A stretch of 24,000 bases of DNA from Thermococcus kodakarensis KOD1. Lineage in GTDB: Archaea > Methanobacteriota_B > Thermococci > Thermococcales > Thermococcaceae. Below, piece after piece: positions 8,587 through 16,814 of the stretch (the first letter of the stretch is position 1; each line of letters begins with the position of its first letter). The notes beneath the pieces are model-generated. The model saw nothing but the letters and a program-made list of their open reading frames with translations, did no database searches and was not told the origin of the DNA. The translations under genes were made by a program, and so were the position numbers. The stretch lies in the NCBI RefSeq assembly GCF_000009965.1, contig NC_006624.1, positions 816,681 to 840,680 on the forward strand. Reading direction: 5' to 3'.

Positions 8587-9606
8587 CTATGCTTTAACGA
8601 TGTTATAGCCGGCCGCCTTCCTCAGGCGGTTCATTACTGCAAGCCCCACTCCTACCTCCTCAACCCCTTCGGCTATTATCACGTCCACGCCGCGCTTGTC
8701 AAGCTCTCTGAGGGCCTTGAAGAGATTTCTGGCGACTTCTTCTAAGGTTTTCCCGAGGAAGTAGAACTCGTCCGCCTCCACTTCAAAAGTCGCCATCACA
8801 CCAACGCGGTGGCCCTTTTTCCTGTACTCATCCACCAGCTCCTGGATTTTTCTTCTCCTGTTCTCAGGAGTTCCCTCAACAACTATCACCATTGCGTTTG
8901 GGGCGTAGTGCTTGTACTTCATTCCGGGAGCCTTCGCGAGGTCTATCTTCTTTCCCTTGACCGCGGGGTGTATCCTGATGGGCCCGATAACTTTCTCCAG
9001 CTCCTCCAGCGGGATACCCCCTGGTCTCAGGAGAACTGGGGGCTCTTCGGTGAGGTCAACGACCGTTGATTCGACACCGACCCAAGTCTCGCCGCCGTCT
9101 ATTATCCCCTCGATTTTTCCGTAGAAGTCGTCAATCACGTGCTCGGCCGAAGTCGGGCTGGGCTTCCCGCTTATGTTGGCCGAGGGAGCGGCCAGTGGGG
9201 TGCTCGCCCTTATGAGAGCGAGTGCTATTGGGTGGGCGGGCATCCTTACGGCGACGGTGTCGAGGCCGCCGGTCGTGACCAGCGGCACTTCCTCACGCTT
9301 TGGAAGAACGAGTGTGAGCGGTCCAGGCCAGAACCTCTCCGCGAGGAGCTTTGCCTTCTCGGGCACTTCTCTGGCAACTTTCTCAAGGTCATCGATGCTT
9401 GCTATGTGGATTATCAGAGGATTGTCCGCGGGTCTTCCTTTGGCCTCGAATATCCTCCTGACGGCCCCCTCGTTCAGGGCGTCGGCCCCAAGGCCGTAAA
9501 CGGTCTCGGTCGGAAACGCCACGAGTTTCCCCTCAAGGATGAGCCTCGCGGCTACCTTTATCTTCTTCTCATCCAGGCCGTCTCGCATGTTGATAACTAT
9601 CGTCAC
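8587..9606 (-). CDS. sua5: L-threonylcarbamoyladenylate synthase, Sua5 type (YrdC domain plus Sua5 C-terminal domain)
   Basis: 'FPTETVYGLGADA', 'KGRPADNPLIIHI' and 'SANISGKPSPT' are YrdC/Sua5 hallmarks, and 342 aa fits the long Sua5 form. The ORF opens at a GTG at 9615. I prefer the GTG at 9606 (MTIVINMRD...) by analogy to the Pyrococcus Sua5 N-terminus, recalled from memory. Confidence 0.9.
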   Translation of the reverse strand: MTIVINMRDGLDEKKIKVAARLILEGKLVAFPTETVYGLGADALNEGAVRRIFEAKGRPADNPLIIHIASIDDLEKVAREVPEKAKLLAERFWPGPLTLVLPKREEVPLVTTGGLDTVAVRMPAHPIALALIRASTPLAAPSANISGKPSPTSAEHVIDDFYGKIEGIIDGGETWVGVESTVVDLTEEPPVLLRPGGIPLEELEKVIGPIRIHPAVKGKKIDLAKAPGMKYKHYAPNAMVIVVEGTPENRRRKIQELVDEYRKKGHRVGVMATFEVEADEFYFLGKTLEEVARNLFKALRELDKRGVDVIIAEGVEEVGVGLAVMNRLRKAAGYNIVKA

Positions 9607-9699
9607 GTCCCTCACCCCATCGTATTTGAGAAAACCGAGAGTTCTGAGCGATAATCCTGAACGCCCTCTCGACTTCTGGTGAGAAAAGTGGTTAAAAAG

Positions 9700-10734
9700 C
9701 TATCCCACGAGGGACGAGTACACCCGTTCAACTTCCTCCGCAACTTTTTCCCAGGAGTACTTCTCGGCAACGCGTTTTCCCGTTGAACCCATTTTTCTGG
9801 CGGTCTTCGGACTTTCCAGGAGCGCTCTAACTTCGTCCACGAGGTCATCAAAGCTGGTGAACGTCAGGCCGTTCTTCCCCTCTCTGATAAGCTCTGGAAT
9901 CGCGCTGACCCGCCTTCCAATCGCAGGAACGCCGAGGGAGTTGGCCTCAAGGATGACAAGACCGAATCCTTCCCTCTTGGAAGGGAGAACCAGCAGAATG
10001 CTCCTGCTTAAAATCTCCTCAACATCCGTGCGATAGCCGAGGAAATGGACGTTCGGCGGAGCTTTCGCCTCAAGCCTTTTCCTGAGGGGGCCGTCACCAA
10101 CCACGAGGAACTCTGTGTTGGGAAAGAACTTAGCGAGCTCTACAAACGTTTCGGGGGATTTATAGTCCCGAAGGGCACCGATGAAGGTCACGTACTCCCT
10201 CTTTCCTCCCTCGGATCCTTCAAACTCGGGAAGTCCATTGGGTATGACCTTGACGTTTTCCGCGCCAAGGGTTTTAGCGAGTCTCGCCAGGTGGTGGCTG
10301 ACCGCTATAACGACATCAGCTCTTTTCAGGCTTCTCGTAACGTAGAACCTGCCCAGGGGCGATTTGGGGGTGTTCTCCAGGTCGCTTCCGTGAGCTGTGA
10401 CGACAAAGGGCAGGCCCGTCTTCTCCTTGGCCAGCGCGCCGGAGAAGGAGGTCGTTCCTGCGAAGTGGCAGTGGACAATGTCAAAACCGAACTCTCTGTG
10501 GAGTTGAGCTATCTTCCTAGCGCCCGCGAAGGCGAAGGTGCTTCCCCTCAGACCATAAAACGGCGGAACCCTGAGCTGATGGACAAACTCCCTCTCGAAC
10601 TCCCTGACCTTGACGGGGCCGTATGTGAGCACATGGACTTCGTGGCGCTTTCTAAGTTCCCTTACGAGGTTGTCGAGATGCCTCGCAACACCGCCACCGT
10701 GGGGAGGGTAGTGTCCGACCATTAGGATTCTCAT
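9700..10734 (-). CDS. Glycosyltransferase, GT4 (GT-B fold) family
   Basis: N-terminus 'MRILMVGHYPPHGGGVARH' and the C-terminal 'EGFGLVILEANSLGVPAIG' (E-x7-E region). It lies 21 nt downstream of asnB on the same strand. Confidence 0.85.
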   Translation of the reverse strand: MRILMVGHYPPHGGGVARHLDNLVRELRKRHEVHVLTYGPVKVREFEREFVHQLRVPPFYGLRGSTFAFAGARKIAQLHREFGFDIVHCHFAGTTSFSGALAKEKTGLPFVVTAHGSDLENTPKSPLGRFYVTRSLKRADVVIAVSHHLARLAKTLGAENVKVIPNGLPEFEGSEGGKREYVTFIGALRDYKSPETFVELAKFFPNTEFLVVGDGPLRKRLEAKAPPNVHFLGYRTDVEEILSRSILLVLPSKREGFGLVILEANSLGVPAIGRRVSAIPELIREGKNGLTFTSFDDLVDEVRALLESPKTARKMGSTGKRVAEKYSWEKVAEEVERVYSSLVG

Positions 10735-10755
10735 GGAGGAAAGTTAAAGGTGAAG

Positions 10756-12207
10756 TTAAAAAGCGTTTGGGAACGTCTCCCTGAAGAGTTTCTCCGCGAA
10801 CTCTCTGAGCGTTAGGCCCTCTTCTCTGGCTATCTTCTCAAGGAGCTTCTGCGCCCTGCTGCCGTACTGCGCGGCCCTCTTCTCCCTCTCCGCTATCCAC
10901 TCGGGGATTCCGAGACGCAGGGCGAGTTTCCTGAGGATGACTTTTCTGGTTCCATCCACTATCTTAGCTTCGAGCGGCAGTTTAAGGGCAAAGCTCACCA
11001 CAGGAAGGGCGAGGAAGGGATATCTTCCTTCAACTCCGTTCAGCATTGTTATCTTGTCGTCCCTCGCGAGGTTCCTCTCGGAGATGAGGGCTATGTCCTC
11101 TTCCATAAGTTCGGGTCTCTCAAGGTACTTTGCGTAGCCTCCGAAGAGCTCGTCCGCCCCCTGCCCGCTGAGGAGGACGCGCGTACCGTCTGAAGAAGCT
11201 AGACCAGAGGCAAAGTAAAGCGGCAGTCCAATTGCGAGGTTCATCGGGTTGGGCTCTTCGATGGCGTACATTACTCTTTTCACGGCATCTCTGACATCCT
11301 CGACTTCAAAAGTTCTCTCCCTCAGCGCCCAGCCAAAGTGGTCGGCCACTTTCCTGGCCCACTCTATGTCGGGACTGTCCTCAGTTCCAGCCGTGTACAG
11401 TATCACGTCGGAGTACTGCGAAGCCAGGTAAGCGACCAGAGTGCTGTCCAAGCCGCCGGAAAACAGAACTCCCGTTTTTTTGCTGACCCTGTTCTTCACT
11501 GCATATCTAAGGAGTTTTCCAACGCCGCCAACCGGGTCTTTCCTTTCGCATTTTGCTTTGGATTTTAGGTTCTCAAGGGAGAACAGCCTGGCCCGCCTCA
11601 CCCCGTTCTTTTCAAGAACGACGAGCTCCCCCGGCTGGACGGGTTCAACTTCCCTCTCGCCCACCGCCCAGAGGACTTTCTTCTCGCTTGCAAACAGGCC
11701 GTTACGTGAGAAGTAGAGCGGCCTGATCCCCAGAGGATCTCTAAACAGGTAGATGCGCTCTCCATCTGAGAAGGCAACGGCGTAGTCCCCCTCAAGCATC
11801 CAGAAGAGTTTTTTAACTATCTCGGGATAGCTCAGATGTTCTTCCCTCAAAAACTCGATAAGCCTAAGTACAACCTCGCTGTCAACGTCGCTCTCAAAAG
11901 AAACGCCTCTCCTCTCCAGGTATTCTCTCAGCGCCGCATGGTTGTATATCTCACCGTTGTGAACAAGGGCTAGATCGTTTATGAATGGTTGAGTAAAGCT
12001 CTTTGAACCAGTTATGGCCAGCCTGCACTGGAGGAGACCGATTCTCCCGTCTGGAATCTCGGTCAGCTTTGAAAAGTCATCAGATTTGAGGACTCCCCCA
12101 TCGGTCCAGACCCCAAAACTTTCAGGGCCCCTGTGCTTTCCTGCTATCGCCATTTTGATGAGCTTTTCTCTGAGATTCCCCCCCATTCCGCCAGCGATGA
12201 GGCACAT
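10756..12207 (-). CDS. asnB: Asparagine synthetase (glutamine-hydrolysing) / AsnB-family amidotransferase
   Basis: The start is refined to the ATG at 12207, so the product begins 'MCLIAG' (Ntn-type catalytic Cys2). The PP-loop 'SGGLDS' is present. The motif GGTGATGCTC precedes the ATG. Confidence 0.85.
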   Translation of the reverse strand: MCLIAGGMGGNLREKLIKMAIAGKHRGPESFGVWTDGGVLKSDDFSKLTEIPDGRIGLLQCRLAITGSKSFTQPFINDLALVHNGEIYNHAALREYLERRGVSFESDVDSEVVLRLIEFLREEHLSYPEIVKKLFWMLEGDYAVAFSDGERIYLFRDPLGIRPLYFSRNGLFASEKKVLWAVGEREVEPVQPGELVVLEKNGVRRARLFSLENLKSKAKCERKDPVGGVGKLLRYAVKNRVSKKTGVLFSGGLDSTLVAYLASQYSDVILYTAGTEDSPDIEWARKVADHFGWALRERTFEVEDVRDAVKRVMYAIEEPNPMNLAIGLPLYFASGLASSDGTRVLLSGQGADELFGGYAKYLERPELMEEDIALISERNLARDDKITMLNGVEGRYPFLALPVVSFALKLPLEAKIVDGTRKVILRKLALRLGIPEWIAEREKRAAQYGSRAQKLLEKIAREEGLTLREFAEKLFRETFPNAF

Positions 12208-12305
12208 GAGCATCACCCAGGGCATTTAAAAACCAGAAGAGATAAGCCTTCCCATTTTCCACGTGAAAAAGTGTTCTGGCTGGTTTCTTCCCCTTGAACA
12301 ACCGT

Positions 12306-13049
12306 TCAGGTCAGATCGCCGCAGGTGCAGTAGTGCTCATATGCCACGGTTTCGAGATCCTCGAATCCCTCACCGGTTTTTGCCGAGAGGTAGAGAACCC
12401 TCGTGGGAGGGGCAAGCTCCGGAAGAGAGGAGCACAGCTTGTAAGCCAGAAGCCCCTGGGTGGAGGGCTCAAGCTTCAGCCTCGCCGTGAGGTATTCTAT
12501 GTCGTCGAGGTACTTCCGTATCCCTTCGATGTCTTCAACTGTATCCACCTTATTCAGGGCTGGCACCGTCGTTATCCCCAGCCTGAGGTCTATCATCAGG
12601 CCGAAGAACACCGCAAAGCAGAAGTCAGAGGGCTTCCTAAGCACTTCAGGTGAGAAAAGATAAACCCCTAGGGCATCTGGAAAGGCCTCCATAAGCTCAA
12701 CCCCAAACTCGTGGAAGAGGAAAGTCTCCATCTGGCCCGGGGTGTCTATCAGAACGTAGTCGGACTCCTTGTCAAGTTCCCTGATCTTCTCGGCGTATTC
12801 CCCCGTGTATTCGGCAAGAATGTCGTAGCTCTTCACTATAGCCCCGTTCGGTCCGAGGCCTTCGTCCATAAGGCTCCACGCGGTTACCTTCTCTCTGACA
12901 TCAAGATCGGGAGTGTATGGAAGTTTTCTAACCCCCGTGTCCAGATTAACATAGGCTACCCTATACCCGTTTTCGGAGAGGTATTTTCCAAACTCCCCCG
13001 TTAAGGTCGTCTTTCCGCTCCCGGCTGTGCCTATGAAAGCCAGTATCAT
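12306..13049 (-). CDS. GPN-loop GTPase (PAB0955/Npa3 family)
   Basis: P-loop 'GTAGSGKTT', the diagnostic 'GPNGA' GPN loop, and 'DTPGQ'. The ATG overlaps the minD stop by 4 nt (ATGA). Confidence 0.85.
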   Translation of the reverse strand: MILAFIGTAGSGKTTLTGEFGKYLSENGYRVAYVNLDTGVRKLPYTPDLDVREKVTAWSLMDEGLGPNGAIVKSYDILAEYTGEYAEKIRELDKESDYVLIDTPGQMETFLFHEFGVELMEAFPDALGVYLFSPEVLRKPSDFCFAVFFGLMIDLRLGITTVPALNKVDTVEDIEGIRKYLDDIEYLTARLKLEPSTQGLLAYKLCSSLPELAPPTRVLYLSAKTGEGFEDLETVAYEHYCTCGDLT

Positions 13050-13783
13050 CCCATCACCCTTGCCTTGAAGCCAGCTATCCTGCTTACCTCCTCCGCCAGT
13101 GCCATAAACGCCTTGGCACCCTCCGAGTCGGGAGCATACTCAACTACCGGAACTCCTTCCAGTGTGGCTTCCCTAACCTTCGGGTCTTCGGGGATAACCA
13201 CAAGCAGGGGAACCTCCATAACTTCCTCGGCCGCGTCGGGCGGTATGTCGTTCTCGCTCCTTCCATAGCGGTTGAGGACAAAGCCGAGAACCGCCAGCCC
13301 TGCCTTTCTGAGAACTATGCCAACCTTCATCGTATCTGTTATACAGGATATCTCTGGGTTCGTAACAAGGATCACCTCTTCGCCGCTCATCATGGCGTTC
13401 ATCGCGTCCATCTGAAGGCCCGCTGGACAGTCGATCAGCACGAAGTCATACTCCGATTTCAGCGGCTTTATCGTTGAGGGGAGCCTCCTCGGGTCTGCCT
13501 TAAGGACGTGCTCCCAGTCAACCGCCGCCGGAATCAGATCAACGTTCTCATAGCTCGTTGAGTAGATAGCGTCTTTGATGTCTGCTTCGCCTGCGAGAAC
13601 GTCGTGTATCGTGGTTTCAGCGTCGTCTATCCCCATAACGAGGCTGAGGTTTGCCATTGTAAGGTCAGCATCAACGGCGAGGACTTTGTAGCCCATCTTT
13701 CCGAGGGCCACCGAAAGGTTGGAGGTGGTGGTTGTCTTGCCAGTCCCACCCTTACCGCTGGCTATCGAGATTAAATGACCCAT
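13046..13783 (-). CDS. minD: MinD/ParA-family (SIMIBI) ATPase, archaeal MinD-like
   Basis: Deviant Walker A 'SGKGGTGKTT' and 'DADLTMANL'. The start is refined to the ATG at 13783 (MGHLISIASGKGG), preceded by GGTGACGCTC. Confidence 0.85.
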   Translation of the reverse strand: MGHLISIASGKGGTGKTTTTSNLSVALGKMGYKVLAVDADLTMANLSLVMGIDDAETTIHDVLAGEADIKDAIYSTSYENVDLIPAAVDWEHVLKADPRRLPSTIKPLKSEYDFVLIDCPAGLQMDAMNAMMSGEEVILVTNPEISCITDTMKVGIVLRKAGLAVLGFVLNRYGRSENDIPPDAAEEVMEVPLLVVIPEDPKVREATLEGVPVVEYAPDSEGAKAFMALAEEVSRIAGFKARVMG

Positions 13784-13880
13784 GAGCGTCACCCCAATGT
13801 TTTTGTTTTTCTCCCCTTATGAACTTTAGGGCACGCTAACCTTTATGAAGGCTACGCTTCACTCTGGATAGGTGAGAAAA

Positions 13881-15689
13881 ATGAGAGTGCTTGTTCCGGA
13901 TACGAGCGTCATAGTTGACGGCAGGCTCACGCAGTTCCTGTCAACGCTGGGCGAGAAGGTCAAGGTCGTTGTTCCAGAGGCCGTCGTGGCTGAGATAGAG
14001 CACCAGGCCAACGAGGGAAAGGCGATAGGCCACGTTGGTCTGGAGGAACTGAAGAAGCTCCGCGAGATGGCTGATAGGGGCGAGATCCTCCTTGAGTTCT
14101 ACGGCGAGAGGCCCGACCTCTGGCAGATAAGACGCGCCAAGGCGGGAGAGATAGACAACATGGTCCGGGAGGTAGCCCAGACTCTCAGCGCGACCCTCGT
14201 AACCGGCGACCAGGTTCAGAGGGACATAGCGATAGCCAAGGGCATAGACGTGATTTACCTTACCACCAAGAAGGAAGTCAGGCACCGCCTTGAGGACTTC
14301 TTTGATGACACAACCATGAGTGTCCACCTGAAGGCCGGGATAAGGCCGCTCGCGAAGAAGGGACGGCCCGGCGAATGGAGGCTCGTCCCGGTTAGAGACG
14401 AACCGCTCACCGATGTGGAGCTTGAGGAGATAGCTGATGACATCGTCGAGAGGGCAAAGCGCGACCCGGAGAGCTTCATCGAGCTCGACGAACCCGGAGC
14501 AACTGTGGTTCAGCTGAGGAACTACCGTATCGTCATAGCCAAACCGCCGTTCTCGGACAGGATAGAAATAACCGCGGTCAGACCGATAACCAAGCTCTCA
14601 ATAGAGGACTACGAACTGAGCGAGAGGCTTTTGGAGAGGCTCAGGGACAAGGCCGCCGGAATACTCATAGCCGGTGCCCCCGGTGAGGGTAAGACGACCT
14701 TCGCCCAGGCCCTCGCAGAGTGGTACGCGAGCATGGGCAAGATCGTCAAGACCATGGAGAAGCCCAGAGATTTGCAGGTCAGCGAGGAGATAACTCAGTA
14801 CACGGCACTAAAGGGGAGCATGGAGCTTACTGGAGACATCCTCCTTCTGGTAAGGCCGGACTACACGATATTCGACGAGATGAGGAAAACCAGCGACTTC
14901 AAGATATATTCCGACCTCAGACTCGCTGGAGTTGGAATGATAGGCGTTGTCCACGCCACGAAGCCGATAGACGCTATCCAGCGCTTCATCGGAAGGGTCG
15001 AGCTTGGAATGATACCGCAGATAGTGGATACGGTGATTTTCATCAAGGCCGGAAGGGTCGCCAAGGTTCTGACCCTCGAATACCTGGTCAAGGTGCCTAG
15101 CGGAATGAAGGAGGAGGACTTAGCCAGGCCAGTGATAGAGGTTCGCGACTTCGAGACTGGCGAGCTTGAGTACGAGATATACACCTACGGCGAGGAGGTA
15201 AGCGTCGTCCCCGTCAAGAAGGAGGAGAAAGCTCCTGCACTCAGACTCGCAGAGAAGAGGCTCAAGCAGGAGATAAAGAAGTTCCTGCCCGATGTCAACG
15301 CCGAGGTCGAGATAGTCAGCCCCCACAAGGCGGTGATCTACGCCGACGAGTTCGATATTCCAGCGATAATCGGCAAGAAGGGGAAGCGCATCACGGAGCT
15401 TGAGAAGAGGATAGGCATAAGCATAGACGTCAAGAGCTTTGCCGAGAGGGAAGAACTCAAGCCGAAGGAGAGGATTCCCGTCGAAGTCGAGGAGAAAAAG
15501 AAGACGATAGTCCTCAGAGTATCGCCGGAGTACGCCAAAAAGCCGCTCAAGTTCTACGGCGGCGAGCAGTACGTCTTCACGGCCACACCAAGCAGGAAGG
15601 GCCTCGTCAAGGTCAGCAAGAGCACGCCGATAGGAAAGGAGCTGAAGAGGCTCCTCGATGCGGGGATACCGATATGGGCATCCACTTAG
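13881..15689 (+). CDS. PIN domain - P-loop ATPase - KH domain protein (COG1855-type, PilT-family ATPase)
   Basis: N-terminal PIN-like 'MRVLVPDTSVIVDGRL', a central Walker A 'GAPGEGKTT', and a C-terminal KH GxxG 'IIGKKGKRITELE'. The ATG at 13881 is preceded by AGGTGAG. Confidence 0.8.
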   Translation: MRVLVPDTSVIVDGRLTQFLSTLGEKVKVVVPEAVVAEIEHQANEGKAIGHVGLEELKKLREMADRGEILLEFYGERPDLWQIRRAKAGEIDNMVREVAQTLSATLVTGDQVQRDIAIAKGIDVIYLTTKKEVRHRLEDFFDDTTMSVHLKAGIRPLAKKGRPGEWRLVPVRDEPLTDVELEEIADDIVERAKRDPESFIELDEPGATVVQLRNYRIVIAKPPFSDRIEITAVRPITKLSIEDYELSERLLERLRDKAAGILIAGAPGEGKTTFAQALAEWYASMGKIVKTMEKPRDLQVSEEITQYTALKGSMELTGDILLLVRPDYTIFDEMRKTSDFKIYSDLRLAGVGMIGVVHATKPIDAIQRFIGRVELGMIPQIVDTVIFIKAGRVAKVLTLEYLVKVPSGMKEEDLARPVIEVRDFETGELEYEIYTYGEEVSVVPVKKEEKAPALRLAEKRLKQEIKKFLPDVNAEVEIVSPHKAVIYADEFDIPAIIGKKGKRITELEKRIGISIDVKSFAEREELKPKERIPVEVEEKKKTIVLRVSPEYAKKPLKFYGGEQYVFTATPSRKGLVKVSKSTPIGKELKRLLDAGIPIWAST

Positions 15690-15789
15690 GCTCGGTTGCG
15701 AGGGTAGTCATCACCGGTCAGCTAGCGAAATTGTCGTCATCGCCCTTCCAACTTTTTCTCTTCAGCTTAAAACGTTCCCGGTGGTGAAA

Positions 15790-16356
15790 ATGCTAGTGCT
15801 TGCGTCGGCCTCACCGAGGAGGAGAGAGATACTTTCGAGGTTCATAAGGGAGTTCCAGATAATCCCAAGCAGTGCCAGCGAGGAGTGCTCAATAGCAGAT
15901 CCGAGAGAGCACGCCCTTGAGCTTGCTCGTAGAAAGGCGAGGGAAGTTTACGAGAGGCTTGGCAAGAAGGCGACTGTGATAGGGGCCGATACCGTCGTCA
16001 GCATAGGCGGGAAAATACTCGGCAAACCAGGAAACGAGGAAGAGGCCTTCAGGATGCTCAAGACCCTGAGCGGGAGGATGCACCTGGTAACTACGGGCTA
16101 CTGCATCATCCACCGCGGAGAGGAGCACTGCGGCGCGGTAGTTACGGAAGTGAAGTTCAGGGAGCTGGACGAGGACCTTATCTGGGCCTATATCAGGACG
16201 GGGGAGCCGATGGACAAGGCAGGGGCCTATGGAATTCAGGGAAAGGGCGGACTATTCGTGGAGTGGATACGGGGGGACTACTACAACGTCGTGGGCTTTC
16301 CCATCGAGATAATCTGGAAGCTCAAGGAGCTGGGTTTTGACGTTCTATCACGCTAA
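15790..16356 (+). CDS. maf: Maf-family nucleoside triphosphate pyrophosphatase (septum formation protein Maf)
   Basis: 'MLVLASASPRRREIL', 'GADTVV' and 'KAGAYGIQG' are Maf hallmarks. The start is refined to the ATG at 15790 (SD GGTGGTGA). The longer ORF from 15658 overlaps the upstream gene. Confidence 0.85.
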   Translation: MLVLASASPRRREILSRFIREFQIIPSSASEECSIADPREHALELARRKAREVYERLGKKATVIGADTVVSIGGKILGKPGNEEEAFRMLKTLSGRMHLVTTGYCIIHRGEEHCGAVVTEVKFRELDEDLIWAYIRTGEPMDKAGAYGIQGKGGLFVEWIRGDYYNVVGFPIEIIWKLKELGFDVLSR

Positions 16357-16814
16357 AAGGGCTTTGATTTTGTGGAGCTCCTTTTTTCTGATTTTGCTTT
16401 GGAATCAAACTCGCAATGAACCTTTTGAAGTCTTTAGTAACGTTCGGTTATTATCAAACAAAAGGTTACGTATTCTTCCAGTTTTTGCGACGAAATTTTT
16501 TCGGAATTCTGAATAAGGTCATTTTAGAGCTTTTTTCGTACTTCCTCCCAATGCAGATGCAATATTTTTGGCAAAAACTTCCTTAAAACTGGTCAATTTC
16601 TTCTTAAAGATCTAAAAATGCCCGGGAAGTTCTCTGAACATTGTTGTGCATGCTCTTAGCGGAAGAGTGAGAAGCCGTTTCTGGTTGAAAAATCCGCTCA
16701 CAATCCGTGAATCAGAGGCGTTTAAGGGCTTTTTAGAGCACCCTTTGCGGAAAAGCTTATAAGATTCGAGGGTTCTTAGTAGTTTGTAAGGCAAAAGGAA
16801 GAAAAAACCGCCCT
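16357..16814 (+). promoter_or_regulatory. CRISPR leader (AT-rich, non-coding) with a candidate BRE/TATA near 16751-16764
   Basis: This 458-nt AT-rich segment has no credible ORF and lies directly 5' of repeat 1. 'GAAAAGCTTATAAGA' (TTATAA at 16757-16762) sits about 53 nt upstream of the first repeat. Confidence 0.6.
16381..16388 (+). terminator. Oligo-T tract (CTTTTTTC) about 25 nt after the maf stop
   Basis: T6 run in an AT-rich context, with further T-runs following. Confidence 0.35.

Noticed and set aside
9139-10725. Plus-strand ORFs of 171, 108 and 226 aa opposite sua5 and the GT4 gene
   Set aside because: They are antisense to genes with strong family motifs, and their Arg/Gly/Pro-rich composition is typical of reverse-frame translation.
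14720-15100. 126-aa alternative-frame plus-strand ORF, and several minus-strand ORFs, inside the PIN-ATPase-KH gene
   Set aside because: It has an Arg/Gly/His-rich low-complexity translation and is nested within a 600-aa ORF with three recognisable domains.
15658-15789. N-terminal extension of the Maf ORF (MRGYRYGHPL...)
   Set aside because: The extension overlaps the end of the upstream gene and has no Maf homology. The canonical Maf N-terminus 'MLVLASASPRR' starts at 15790 and has its own SD.
16416-16586. 56-aa ORF (MNLLKSLVTFGYYQTKGYVFFQF...) inside the CRISPR leader
   Set aside because: It lies in very AT/T-rich DNA, which gives a Phe/Tyr/Leu-rich translation. It has no SD and sits in a region better explained as leader.
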